Below are positions 1 to 12,759 of a DNA stretch of 39,116 bases, piece after piece. The translations under genes and the position numbers were made by a program. This DNA comes from Catajapyx aquilonaris (taxonomy: Eukaryota): NCBI GenBank assembly GCA_000934665.2, contig KZ537997.1, forward strand, positions 124,001 through 163,116, given 5' to 3'. The notes beneath the pieces were generated by a model. It was not told the origin of the DNA and ran no database searches. It worked only from the letters and a program-made list of their open reading frames with translations. Position 1 is the stretch's first letter, and each line of letters opens with the position of its first letter.

Positions 1-27
1 GGGCATCGACGTTAGAACAGCGCTCTT

Positions 28-375
28 GGTGTCATATTGTGTCATCCTGTACTATATCGCTCAGAAACATAGAGACGATTTTGCATTTGATTCATGTGTA
101 TGCTGCACATGAGTAAAATGAAACATCGTCTCTATGTTTTTGAGCGATGTAGTACCTGAGGGCAGGACTGTCAATGCCCAGTTCTATCGCGACTCCTTGG
201 AACACCATCTGAAAGCAGCGATACGATGCAAGCGACCACACTAACTGAACACCAGCCCTATCGTGTTGCACAACAATGCGCATTGCCATGTTTCAGCTGC
301 AGTGAGAGAATTATTATTGCTATGTTGGCAATGAGAAACACGGGAGAAACCTCCCTATACTCTCAAGACATGAGA
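28..375 (+). pseudogene. Decayed mariner-family transposase fragment (DDD catalytic-domain region)
   Basis: With the 52-152 insert and one TA removed, it reads GVILCHPVPEGRTVNAQFYRDSLEHHLKAAIRCKRPH*LNTSPIVLHNNAHCHVSAAVRELLLLCWQ*ETREKPP, then after a frameshift YSQDM. This matches the mariner motifs TVNA..Y, KRP, LHDNA..H and HPPYSPDL. Two in-frame stops and a frameshift. Confidence 0.85.
52..152. mobile_element. 101-bp palindromic MITE with TA target-site duplication (Tc1/mariner type)
   Basis: TIR CTATATCGCTCAGAAACATAGAGACGAT versus ATCGTCTCTATGTTTTTGAGCGATGTAG (28 bp, 2 mismatches), with imperfect pairing continuing inward. TA at 50-51 and 153-154. Excision restores the transposase frame. 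Confidence 0.85.
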
Positions 376-3300
376 AGTCATGATAGTACAGACATTCACA
401 GTCCTGCCTCGCCACCTTGATCTTTAACTAAGAGTGCTGTTCTAACTTAAATGCCATGGCTTAGAGCAGTGGATGGGGCCCCTTTGAACTACCCTGCCAC
501 TGTCACCAGTGGCACAATTGGGTCCAAACTTGACAGGAACAAGCCCCACGTCTGCCTGGATCTCACGTCTTGCGCAGAAGCCACAACCATGTTTCTGTGC
601 ACAAGGGAAACAGGGTTGCCACTATTTTAAATCCAACTCTCGTAGTTGGCATGTGAAATCCTATGAGTCGTATTTTGGCAATGCCACTTTACAAGCAATT
701 GCTCACCAAAGTTACATGATTGAAGTGAGAAAGCATTCTTAAGTGCCACACATCTCTGTCTTTATAATCCATTCAGGCATGGTGAGGTGATAGTCTTGTG
801 CCTTGCCAGAGTGCAACATGTTAGTCATGATTGAATAAATAAATGTGTATGATTATAAAATTACCGTATAAGCGCTTAACTTTTTCTATTGTACTACAAT
901 GAAATTTTGTGTGGGCAACACAGGAAATGTCAAGATTGAATATGATGATTGAACCAGTTAATTGTGCAGTGCATACATGAATTTACATAATATGCATCAT
1001 CATCACAGATTTTCCTGACACAGGAGGTGCCAGCGAGTAATGAGGAACAGCTTCCTTGTCACCTAAATAAATTTGAGGAAGAATAATTTTATGGTGTCAT
1101 AAGTCTTCCCATCAATTGAAGGTTGTTTATATCAGGGTGATGATAAAAACACAGCATATACAGTACTACTCAAAATTCAAGCATGGACCTTTACCTGACC
1201 ATTTCTGACCCAACTTTTACAAGGGCAAATGACGGTAGGAATATGGGACTGACGCATATCTTTCTCCCTTACCCTGGTATAATACTGTCTGAGTTCTTCC
1301 TTTAGTCTACTGCACATGATTTCATCACATCATTTTCTTCCAGAGTGGGCCTAGTTGTGCACTGGGATGGTTGTCATTAGATCTGTGATGCCACTTTTTG
1401 TCTGATATCAACTGACATTTTTGATATGTGTAAGAGACATACTGAATTGCAGGGATTCCTCTGCACCCATCTTATCATGATCTTGGCCAGGCATGGTTGA
1501 GTGGTACTTTCTCATTTGACTGCCACTGGCTTTGCTTACATTTCCTATGGTGATTAAGCAGGATGCCCTCCCATACGCAACTTGGGCTTAGAAAGGCTTT
1601 GTGTAATCTCACAATGTTGTCTGATTCCCCACAGTATATTGTTTCCATAATTCTTTTTCATAATTAAGGTGAGTCTTATTATCTTCTTTATTTTTATTCC
1701 TATTAATTAAGTGTTATTCATAGTAACATAATGCTTTCAGGCTCTGATTTATTATGAGTGTTTTATTGTAGGAATGTCTGTAAGCACAGGAGGCAGAGGG
1801 AAAGTCAAGACTGAAAAAGTGCCAACAAGAAGTCATGGAGTGTGATAAATGGAGTACAAAAACTTTTGTATCATGACAAGATGTGTAAAAGTAATAATTA
1901 TACCAGAGTTATATTATTTATAGTTTTGTATTCCTTCACATGTGAGATTCTTTGCTTGGCTGTGAAGAGTAAGATTGGTTATTGTCAAATAAAGACTGAA
2001 CTTTGTTCCTGCTTAAAACGAGATATTTTATTATGTGGTCATTTTTTACAAGGACGATAAATGAGGACAATCCACATGTATATCAACGATTGACAAGTGG
2101 AACAAATCATTTTCTTACTTGTGGCAGCAAAACCTTACCTACTGTATGTCTGTACACTACTTATGCACTTACGTATCCTCTGTACATATTGGTTATAAAT
2201 GTGAAACCTTGATTTCAGCATTGGGTTAAAAAGGATCAAGTACATAACTGCTGCCCCAGGAAGAATGAGGTTTGGGGCAAAACATTATTTTCATTTTAAA
2301 AGAAGTGAATATATCTTCACTTAACATAAAAAGTGTCTTGCCAACATTGAGTTTTGGCATGATGTTGGGTTAGTTCCTCCCCTTCGCAACGAAGTCTTCT
2401 AAAGATGCAAGGTTTGCATACCTTATTATATCTTCCATACTCACAACAATGCACTGACATTTGCATTGCTCTCTTATATAACTGTGTGCTACATGCAGAG
2501 AATGGAAGACATGCAAAAATCATATCTATAATGTACATGTATGGTATAGGTTTTGTCATTCCTGCCACACTGCCCAGAATGTACATTGAACGGTTACACT
2601 AGTGGGCAGGGTAGGCTTAATCATATTTTGAGCAAACACACGGAAGACTTTAGAGGTTGACTTGAAACGTATATCCATAATTGCCCCTGGGAGTCTACCC
2701 AACAAATTCCCTAAACACCCAAAAAAAACAACCCATCCTCCATGTCCAGAGGCATAATAATGATCATAATAATTGCAATAATAATAACAACACATGAAAA
2801 ATAGCAAGTGGTAGTAATGGTTAATGAAAATTTGATGTCATCTACTCTAGTACCCATGTTCTATGCGATATGCCCTTGAGCTTCACGCCACACATGACTG
2901 AACCAACGCTTATGCAAACAGCAATGTAACTATTATAAGCTGCAGTCCATTGCACAAGCATTGTGTCACTGTAATCAAGGATGCTACGGTGTTATTTACT
3001 AATTCTCAAGTGCAGCCACATCCAATAAATGCATACACCAACAGTGCAGTCCCATTGTGATGCAAAAAAGCCTTTCCTACAAATGTGGTCAAAACCGTAG
3101 AATCGCATAGATCAGGTGCACTAAATTGATAATAAGCGTATATGGTATGGTTGAAAAGAATGGACGTGGCAACGGTGGAGGATCCCGCAAGTGGGCATCC
3201 ATGCAGGTTGGTGCGAGGTATGCTGAGAATGCGGGCGAGGCCAGGCAGCTACGGCCACTTCAACAACCTCCCTCCTCTTCTTCTTGGGCCGACGGCCTTC

Positions 3301-6300
3301 CTTCCTCGGGATACGTGTCCTCCGATGTATCTGCAAATGTAGATCCGTTATTCACCCACATATTCTAAAATTAGTGGTCGTCTTGACCTCACTGCCCATA
3401 TGGAATGTAGGGCTAATATTGCGACCCCGACATTTGCCCCAGTTGACTCCTTCGAAAACAATGGTCCCACAAACACGCTTCCCTTTCCCTGTGTGAAAAA
3501 AAAAGAAGCAATGCTTTTCATTCACCCCTCGGAGGTCACCTTTCATTGAATCAGGAATTTGGCCCAGGCGCAATGTTGCCAAAAAGTACCGTTTGGGATG
3601 ATCGAGGTACATGACAGTGCATCGGGTGGTCATCGAAGGGCAGATCCGGTGAGGAAATGGAAAGGTGGCAGAAAACCGAGGTGCGGAAGGCATGATAAGA
3701 TGGTGCCTGAAAAAAAAAGCAAGCGGAAAGGAAGCTGGCCGTTGCTCCTTACTAGTGGTCAATGTGCTAACAAAGGTTCTTCCTCGCACTTGGTTACCAC
3801 TTGCTACCATTCTCACAGATTGCCTTTCATTTTCCTCCAAATTAAAGGGATTCCCCCAGCTCCAGCACACATGTTTTCATTTTTATGAAGTTAAATAATT
3901 CATGTTGTAGGTGGGCCACTTGGTCCACGAAGCTGCCAAAATAGTCACGATCATCCCCTAGAGCGCGCATTTTAAATGAGTTGATCCTAGCTCATTCGCA
4001 CGTTCGGTTCTCCAAGTCTGTCACCAGTAGCATACGACACGTAATTGCCAGGGTTGCAACAGTACCGTGAGGAAATCCCATCCAGTTTTTCTGGAATTCT
4101 GCTGCCGGCCGACTGATCTCATTTCGGCAGCCATTTTTAATGGCGAACTATTCATCTGTCCCGGAAGACCCGTTTTTTTTTATACCATTCTATTCTTCCA
4201 AACGCGCTAAGACAATGTTGGAGGGACACTAGTTGCCATTGTGGAAAAGAAGAGGCGGATGACCTCAGGGTATAAAACTTATTAGCCTGTAATTAAGGCA
4301 AGTGTTGGGTAGGTTTCAACTGGGCATTAATGTCCTTCGCATGCTCGAGCAGGTGGTGGATGAAGGTGACAAGGACCTCGGAAATGAATTTTCAATTGGT
4401 TGGTGTCCGTCACGCGTGAAAAGGTCCTTCAGCATAGTGATAGGTGCTTGATACAGTATTGCCAATCCAATGACATAGATTGGCAATACTGCACACAAAT
4501 TTCGTATATAACCTGAAGATGCACTGACCCCGAAATATGCGCATATACCGTACAGGCTTTCCTGGAATTCGTTGACCTCAACAAGCTTTACATATCTGCT
4601 ACAGGCCTGCCCACTCCCCCCCCCNCGAATTATTCATTCACCTGTACCCATTAATCTGGTGATTGCGCAAACAATGTGAGATCGTTTCCCCCTAAAGGGT
4701 TCCACTCGCAATCCCTCGGGGTCAAATGAGTCATATGGGAGGGGCTTAACTAATTACGTCACGGTGCAGGCACGTCGGGTTCAAAACTACGTAAACCTTC
4801 ATATTATATAGCCGGTATGGTATTCATTGAATGTTGCTGTCCCATGGCAAAAGGAGACGAATGTGACGTGCTGTGTAGAGGCGGTACCTTAAACGTGTTG
4901 CCTATTACGTATGAATTTTTAGGTGGATTTCGTGGCGCAATTTTTGTCACGCACGTCGTCTCCTCGACGTGAAGTTGACACGAGCCGAGGAAAGGGTACC
5001 GAAGCGAAACTGTTTTAAGACCATTCTTCCGCATTCGCTTTCGCGTGCGAAATTATTTCATTGGGGAGAGGAATGGTGCACCACTTTTTACTCTTTAATT
5101 TTTTCCATGAGATTAATCGGTGAATGTGTATGAAAAGTTGCGCAATTGGCGAAGGTCACCTTTCGCTATTGCACCAAGTCATCGCTCAGCTCAGTCAAGG
5201 ATGCGATAGGTCGTCGCCAAAGATGCTACGTGCGTCAGTAGAATACCTACATAAATGCGCAGAAGAATGTCACCCACACAAGAATATTTTATAGGCGGTC
5301 ATATGAAGGTCATTTCCGTATGCATGTGCACTTGCAACACTTATTTAACTGCTGTATTATTTAACTACTTATTTACCGGTATTTATGTACAGATGTATTA
5401 ATGTACCGTTGCAATGCCACGCCTGTCTACATAAACGACACTTATCCTGCAGTGCAGTACATAGGGTGTTACCACAAATTCCGTGTATCCCACCCCGGTA
5501 ATTGCACAGGAAAAAAATGTACGAACACAGTTATAATTCACGTTCCATACTAAAAAGACATTTTTATAGCAAAGAAAGCCGTTTGTGTGACACGAACCGC
5601 CAACTAATTGGAGCCAATTCTTCGGTTTATTACGCCGGTACCGATGCATCCGTACTTCCCACCTATGCCCAGGTATTTCGCACTTTTACAGTCGTTTTAT
5701 TTGAGAAAGGAAGTAACGAATGTGACAATGGCTCCGAGTCTGTGCAAGAACTTCCTATGTCACGACTTGTTCGTATCACTTTAATTCCTTCCCAGCATGC
5801 AGTTGATGCAGCGGAAACACGGGTCCGTTACATTTGCGCAAAACAACAAAGGTCCGGAAGCGATGTTTTTGCCACATACGACCCTTTTCTTTCTGGCCTT
5901 GTCTCGGCGACACTAGTTGTTTGACAATTTTTTATGGGTCTCGACGACATTTTAAAACGGTACAGGGCAAGATGGGGCCATTATTTTTGCTGCAATTTCA
6001 GCCACGATTCTCCTCTTTCCTGTTAGCTACATGGTTTGGCTTCCTATAGCCACGAGTGGTGGAAATAGATTCACGCAATATGCTAATAGCTATTGCCTTA
6101 AAAATAAGGGGGGGCATGTTTTTCATTACGGATGTGGGCTTGGTTTCTGGTTGTTGTTCATGCCCATTTCGTGTTTAAATGAAAATTAACCCAACGGTGC
6201 TTTAAATTATTACAAATTAATAGCAGTCTTGAATTTTTTATTACAAGTTTATATCATAAAGAAATGCATTTCACATTGTTGATTACAAGCTACTAATTCA

Positions 6301-9300
6301 TGCCATTTTTTTTTCTAAAATTAATTGTATATCATAAAGGGTGAATGCACTAACTTGTATAGTTGAACAAGTTGTCCATTTATTAGTTATAATAATCTTC
6401 CATTGAGTCACTGCAGATTAGGCGAACTGTCAGCCAGAAGGTATCTTTTGAGAACTGCTATAATAGCCGCCCAGTGTCTGTAGCCTGTGTTTATCCAGAT
6501 ATCAGTTTTAACGAGAGGATTTTCTGTGGCACATAACCAGTTTCTGTACGGTTGCCTTGGGCATCATTTTTCGTAGTCAGCAGACCGCATTGACACAGCT
6601 CAGGCGACACTTTAATTTTTGTCAACCGCTAACGTCCTACAAGTCACTTCCCCAATCAGCAGCTCAAAGGCTATAAGTCACTTGCTTTCTAATGAAGCTT
6701 TCTTGAAAAGAACGTTCAATGGGCATAGAAAGTGTACGGATGTTATAATTCGCGTTGGAATGAGAAAATAAAACTTAGTGAAAGTCTTCTCTTATATGAA
6801 TCCTCCACAAAGACACGAAAATTTGTATGGTTAAGCAATTGTGGTTTTAATTACAGCACGATTCCCCCCGCAAAATGCGTCAGTTTGGCAACAGCAGCTT
6901 GTGATAATTCGTTTGACCTGAGGAAAACCAGTTGCATCACTTTGCCCCCTTGTTGCTGACCAGACGAAGTTGTTGGGGGGGATCTTTTGATTGCTTTCAA
7001 CACCTTGCGAATCCATACCATGGACCACGCCCATTGGGGATATGGGCACTGTGTGGCCATGGGCTAACCCCAGGGGTGTATGATCTAGTTTGGGGGAAGT
7101 TTTTTTAAAGGGGTATTTTCCTGGCTGACTTTGTGAGATGCTTGAGTATGTAACATGCATCAGCCATGTGGACTATGGGCAACAAATCAGGACAACGTAC
7201 CATACATTTTTTATATATTTAGAGTCCAGTGTATGAGCTCCAGAGGGCATCACTATTGCGCAACAGTTGTTAATTCAAGCCTGTGCTTTCCCTTTGTCTT
7301 TTCACGCTTTTGAGTGTAACTATCCCGGGAACGATCGAACGGCAAGAAAAAAGCGTGACGTCATGATGGCAACATTCACCTATGTCACGCCTATCCTTTG
7401 TCACCGTATAAAATTGAACACATTCACTCTACAGTGTAGGAAATGCCACAGGTTAGTTGATGTAGCGGAAAATATGGACACGGATATAAAAAATATATGT
7501 AATTATATTGTCATGAAGTTCATGAAACGTGTTTGATACATGGTCCTATGTGCTCTCACTTTTTTAAGTGTTCGTGCAGCACACGGTTATTTTTATGCAA
7601 CGTTTTGCTGTATGTTTGTTGTCCACCTTTCTCACATTCACATTGCTGTTCAAAATCTATCCCAATTGATTAATATCCTAATGTTGTTTTTCAAATTATC
7701 TGTGAATCCATCTGCGGTTCTGCCCTTCACGCGTGAAACACAGACTTGTCCTGCGGTTTGTTGTTGATTTTCACTCAGGGACGTGCTAAGAATGCACCTG
7801 AGGGGGGGGGGGGGGNGGGGGGGGGGTGTTCTGAGACCTCACCTGACTGCCTCCATATTGCATTCTACCCATAGCTGAATCCTGCAGGCAATAAAGCTCA
7901 TTGTTTTCAAAACATACCGATTGTCACTTGGAGGACACCCATTAGCATCCATTGAGCAAGAATGCATAATGACACCTCAGGTAGGAAGAAAGAGGCCATG
8001 AGACAAAGTGGGTGCGATTTATTCAACACTGGGCCAAATAACCTTACACAAAGGCTGTTGGCCGCCATTCCTAGAGACAAACTAACGTCCCAACCATCCA
8101 TCCAACGAACCACCTCTTCGCGTGTGTGGCCTTGGCAACCTGCTACTGCAGGTACCAATCAACCTTCTCCTGTCTGCTTTTTCCTTTCTCTGTGGGCACA
8201 TATGGACGGTACTGTTGTCCCCAATGCAAATAGTTCAATTTACATGCCAGGTTGTTGTAATTAGTAATAATTTAAAGAGTCAATTTCAGATGTGTGTCAG
8301 GCGGTTGCTCACACTTGTCTTTTGTTTATTAACTAAGGACGCATAAATAAGAGGCACGTCCTGAAATCAACTGGGCATGACCTTGATGGTCGCCTGGACA
8401 TAGTCGCATATGTTAATTGTGTCCTTTCCCATGCAGTCATTGTACCAGAGGAAGGTAACATTGCTGCTGGGCACATGGTTCTCTCATGAGCCATCACCAT
8501 CCAAGGCCCACAATGGATTAAAAAAAACTGAGGGAGAGTAGAGGGGAGGGGATGCATATAAAAAAACCTATGAAACAAGTCTGACCACTTTGCCCGTCCA
8601 GGAATTTAAGGGGGGAAAGGATGCTCTTGGAATAGTAATGGTGTCCATTTTGTGTCCCGTTTGTCTTCTAGCAGACATTTTTAAGTGCTACGGACTTGTT
8701 GTGGAGTGTTGAAAAAAAACGGTGACATCTAAGAGTGGTTTGAAGTTACGTTTTGTTCAACTGCGGTCTCGAGAACTTGTGGAGGCTGAGAAAGGCGAAA
8801 GTCGCCATTTTGCCCAATTTGCCAGCCACTTGCAAAAAAACATAACAAAAAAGTGGGTTTCTGCGCATTGTGAATGGATATATCAATTTCCTATCAACAC
8901 AGGGTATTGACAGACCGACATACCTTTCCTTCCTTCCTCCATCCATTCTGTCATGATTTGGACCTTCCCTACGACCCTTTGACCCACTTGTGTAACTGGC
9001 CGCGACCATAAATTCCCCTGCCTGTCTCCCAACATGCTCCCAACTCAACAATATGTCCGATCCTATATGATCAGGTCAAAAAATAATATTCTAAAAAATT
9101 ATCATGATACAGTGTGTATACATGTGTTTCTCCTATCATGATACTGCATAATTACTTGATCAGGTGAAAGGATGGGAAGTCTATTCATAGTCACATATCT
9201 AGCAAGTATGTGGAAAGCGACCTCAATTTGATCTTATGGACCTTTTAAGTTAGGCCGATTTTCAAAGTGGAGAAACCTGAATCCATTTCAGTTCCGGTTG

Positions 9301-10788
9301 GTCAGCTAACTCTCTCTAGGTTCCGAACTTTACCCCTATAACTCATCATGACATATGCAAAAAAAAAAAAAAAAAAAAAACAGGTGACTCACTCCGGACG
9401 TAAATATTGCATCTGTGCAAAAATGGACGATGATGCAAAACAACATGAAATGCTGCTGAGTCAGGAATAACAAAAAGGAAAGCAAACGCATGTTAAATTT
9501 AGGACTGAGGTCCTTGGGATGAGCTGCGACCTCGCCATCTTTGAACTTTTCCAATGTATACTAGTCACGAGTTGTTTATAATTCAAGTTATAATGAAAAA
9601 GTTTGCAACCTGCTCCGCCTCCCATATATAAAAAGCAAAATGGCTGGCCCACATCTGATCTGCATATAGGTGCTGGCATGGAAAATCCCCCCCGGAAGCA
9701 CGCGCCTTGCTTTCTTCCTCTGACTTCCGCTGGGTCAACAGAGGTCACGTGCCACCTCACATGATGGCACACATTCGCACTTACTATACTGATTCTGTAC
9801 AATATTGTGACCAATATGTTTGTCCAGAGTGTTTATTGGTTGTTCACATCCTAATGGTGGTGAAAGGGAGAAAATGGAAAGAGGTTGGGCAAGTCAAGGA
9901 CAGAACTAGAAAAGTAGGTTTTTATGGTGTACCTAAGTCTGCCAAAACTCGATAACTACAACGTAGCACGGTTAAATTCCTGTCAACCGCGAAGTGTGTC
10001 ACACACATTTAGAGTCCCAACAATTATTGCTGAGAACCTGATGTGACTCACTACAATTTAATAGAACCTTGCACCGGTATTTATTGTAAGCAAAAATAGT
10101 GGAGGTCAATAGCAGAATACAATCGCACTTCCGTGTATAGTCATATTTATAATCGACTTCACACGTGACTTCAGCTCAGCATCCCTTTCCCACTTTCAAT
10201 TGTGCACTTGGAACCGTGATTAATGTCACGTAATTGTCACCGGAACCGATTTCGGAGGTAACGGCTCTCGATTACTTCAGTACCAGAAAAAAGTCACGAA
10301 ATACCAAGGGAAATGGGTCATGTGAAACAGCTTTTTGTCTTTCCATTTCTTTTGGGTGGGCTACCACGTTTGGGATAAAACAGCCATACCATGTATGAAG
10401 TTGGAGACTTGAACAGTGGTATGGAGGAGGAACAGCCTGCGTTTAGCACCATTTTCCTCGCACTTGCGTAGTAATTGTCCGTGGATGAGTGACCATCAGG
10501 CTTATATGGACTAAGAGAAGCGTGACGGTGGCGAGAAAAATCACGACCAGAACTAGCACTACTTTACATCATTCTTCGGCCTATTCACCACGAACTTGGC
10601 CGTTGAGAAGATTCCACGGAAGGCAGTACAAGCAATTAGTTAATCACCTCGGAAAACGGGTCTAGCACAAATATTAATTAGTAACATACACGTGTTCTCA
10701 ATCTCATGCCCTGAGCCATAATAACATTCACTACTATAGGAAATGTCAGATTAGGACCATTTTTCAACAAGGGAATGTACCAACCTGC

Positions 10789-12759
10789 TCATCGTCGTGA
10801 TGATGCAGCAGATGCCCTACGTCGATGCTGCTGGTAGCTGTTATGATTATGTACCGGTACGTGGTTATGATTCTGATGCTGTGGCAGTATCTCGCTGCGT
10901 TCCAACTCATCTCCGGACAGCTCCAGATCCCGTACCATCTGTATGATCTCACGTTCCTTCTTGGCATCTTCCTTCCATCCGGAAGTGGAGGCTGTCGATG
11001 GATTGGGCTGAGCCGGTGGGGGTTGTAGAGGTGGCGTCGGTGAGGCGTCGCCGTTGGCAAACTTGAGGTTGGCCAGTGATCCGTACGACCTGGAACGATG
11101 CTCCTGACGGATGCTGTACGAAAAGGCACGTTCGTTCAGATGACCCTTCTTGCGGTATATCCCAGTGCTGAACGGGGAGTCGCCATCTTCGTCTTTGTTC
11201 TTTTTGCCCTTCTTCTTGCGAGGCCGACGTTCGGCGGTGGCGTAATGTTGTACCAGGAAAGCAGCCGGACCTGCCTCGGGGCCCATGGGATGGGCGGCGT
11301 ACATTGGGCTGATGGGTCGGTGGTGAAGAGGATGAACGATGGGAGGTCCTCGAGGTGGAGGGCTTGGGGGCAGAAGAAGGGCTTTAGGAGGGGCCATAGG
11401 AGGCGGAGGTGGTGGTAAAGGTCCTCCATTTCTGGCGTAAATAGGTTGCCGTTGAGGATAATGCATGGGCATTGGCATGGGCATGTGGGGTGGACGCAAG
11501 GGCACGGCGTAGATGGCGTGCGGGGGCGAGCGCATGGGCGGCCCCATGGCACTCCCAGGCCGAAGAAGGGTTCCGCCTCCGCCATTGACCATACTGCCGT
11601 TGAGGATGACCTGCTGAGGCTGGTAGTGATGCGGATGATGGGGCAGCAGCAATGTGGTCATTCCGTCCATCATATCAGCACCTTTCCTCTTCTTGTCCTT
11701 CTTGGCCGTACCATGATGGTTATTGAGAGTGTAATGGTGCATCTGGTGGTTGTTTTGCATGTGGTTCTTCTTGCTGGGTCGGTCTTCCTCAGGAGGCGGC
11801 GGTGGAGGGGGTGGTGGCGCCTGTACCGGGGTCATGATCTGACGAGGTCGTCCAGTGCGTGTGGCCGTGGCCATGGCGCTTCCGGCGGCCGAGCGGACAC
11901 TCCGTAGTGTGCCTCCTCCAAGGTCCAAGTAGAGACCCTCCTTGTCAGCCGGTCCTCCCGCCCACACCTTGTGGTTCTCATCCCCGTTGTATATGGAGAT
12001 TTCATCAGGCGCCGCCGGTACATTGACAGCGGATGTGTCACCACTGGAGGTGGCCGTACGCCACTCGGCCACCTTCTCGAAGCTATTGACCAGTGCTTCT
12101 GGCCTATGTCGGCTTCCATTGGTACCACCGTTCATCCCTGCATAGATGCTCCCTGTGGTACCTCCGTTCTCCAGCTGTTTAGCATAGCTGGAGTCAGCGT
12201 AGGCGTGGAAGCAGCAACGGACCAGGGCGTTGGCAGCCACCTCTCGCTTGCAGATGAAGGCGTGGCACTCCAGCACCTTAATTCCAGTGGTTCGTCTCAA
12301 AATACAGGCGAAGAGCGGCGGGTGTGCCATGTCCGGGTTGCGTGCAAAGGGGGAGTCCAGGGGCAAGAACCGGGGCTGGCCCTGGGTAACCCCACCGGCG
12401 GAGGAGGTGGTGGATGACGGGACCGTCACGTGTCTGACTGCAGCACAGTAGTGGAGGCTCTCGATTGGGAAGAACCGCGTCACCTCCTTACGTCGTTCAT
12501 CCACATTCTCCAGGAGAAGACCATTGCTCCAGACGCTGAGCCATGAATCGATGCCCCTTGCTCCAGACGCCCCTTCTTCCGGGTACAGCTCCCCCAGGGG
12601 CTCCTGTATTCCCTGCAGGCCATCCTTCGATGCATGGGGTACCGCTGACCCCAGGTACAACACCCGGCATCGGCAAATAGGGGTGCTGGCCGAAGAGCTG
12701 ACTCCGTTCCCGTAGCCATTCCTCTCGTCCGCACTGCTTCGACGACGCCTGTGCGCCAT
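10789..12759 (-). CDS. PTB/PID-domain adaptor protein (Drosophila CG12581-like), 656 aa, single coding exon
   Basis: Long uninterrupted ORF. The N-terminal region (CRVLYLGSAVP...GLQGIQEPL...LSVWSNGLLL...FFPIESLHYCAAV...PPLFACILRRTTGIKVLECHAFICKREVAANALVRCCFHAY) has the PTB-fold pattern. It is followed by Pro/His-rich low-complexity sequence. Confidence 0.88.
   Translation of the reverse strand: MAHRRRRSSADERNGYGNGVSSSASTPICRCRVLYLGSAVPHASKDGLQGIQEPLGELYPEEGASGARGIDSWLSVWSNGLLLENVDERRKEVTRFFPIESLHYCAAVRHVTVPSSTTSSAGGVTQGQPRFLPLDSPFARNPDMAHPPLFACILRRTTGIKVLECHAFICKREVAANALVRCCFHAYADSSYAKQLENGGTTGSIYAGMNGGTNGSRHRPEALVNSFEKVAEWRTATSSGDTSAVNVPAAPDEISIYNGDENHKVWAGGPADKEGLYLDLGGGTLRSVRSAAGSAMATATRTGRPRQIMTPVQAPPPPPPPPPEEDRPSKKNHMQNNHQMHHYTLNNHHGTAKKDKKRKGADMMDGMTTLLLPHHPHHYQPQQVILNGSMVNGGGGTLLRPGSAMGPPMRSPPHAIYAVPLRPPHMPMPMPMHYPQRQPIYARNGGPLPPPPPPMAPPKALLLPPSPPPRGPPIVHPLHHRPISPMYAAHPMGPEAGPAAFLVQHYATAERRPRKKKGKKNKDEDGDSPFSTGIYRKKGHLNERAFSYSIRQEHRSRSYGSLANLKFANGDASPTPPLQPPPAQPNPSTASTSGWKEDAKKEREIIQMVRDLELSGDELERSEILPQHQNHNHVPVHNHNSYQQHRRRASAASSRR

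Noticed and set aside
3121..3898. Cluster of ORFs up to 172 aa with two minus-strand acceptor-like sites
   Set aside because: No recognisable protein motif and no consistent exon chain could be built.
7776..7830. CAGGGACGTGC followed by a poly-G run as a transposon end or G-quadruplex
   Set aside because: No matching opposite terminus or TSD was found, and the homopolymer contains an N, so its length is unreliable.
8360..8490. Minus-strand peptide FLWYNDCMGKDTIN, faintly like the WY...GKNT motif of Crypton/DUF3504 recombinases
   Set aside because: Only a few residues match, it is flanked by stops and no other catalytic motifs were found.
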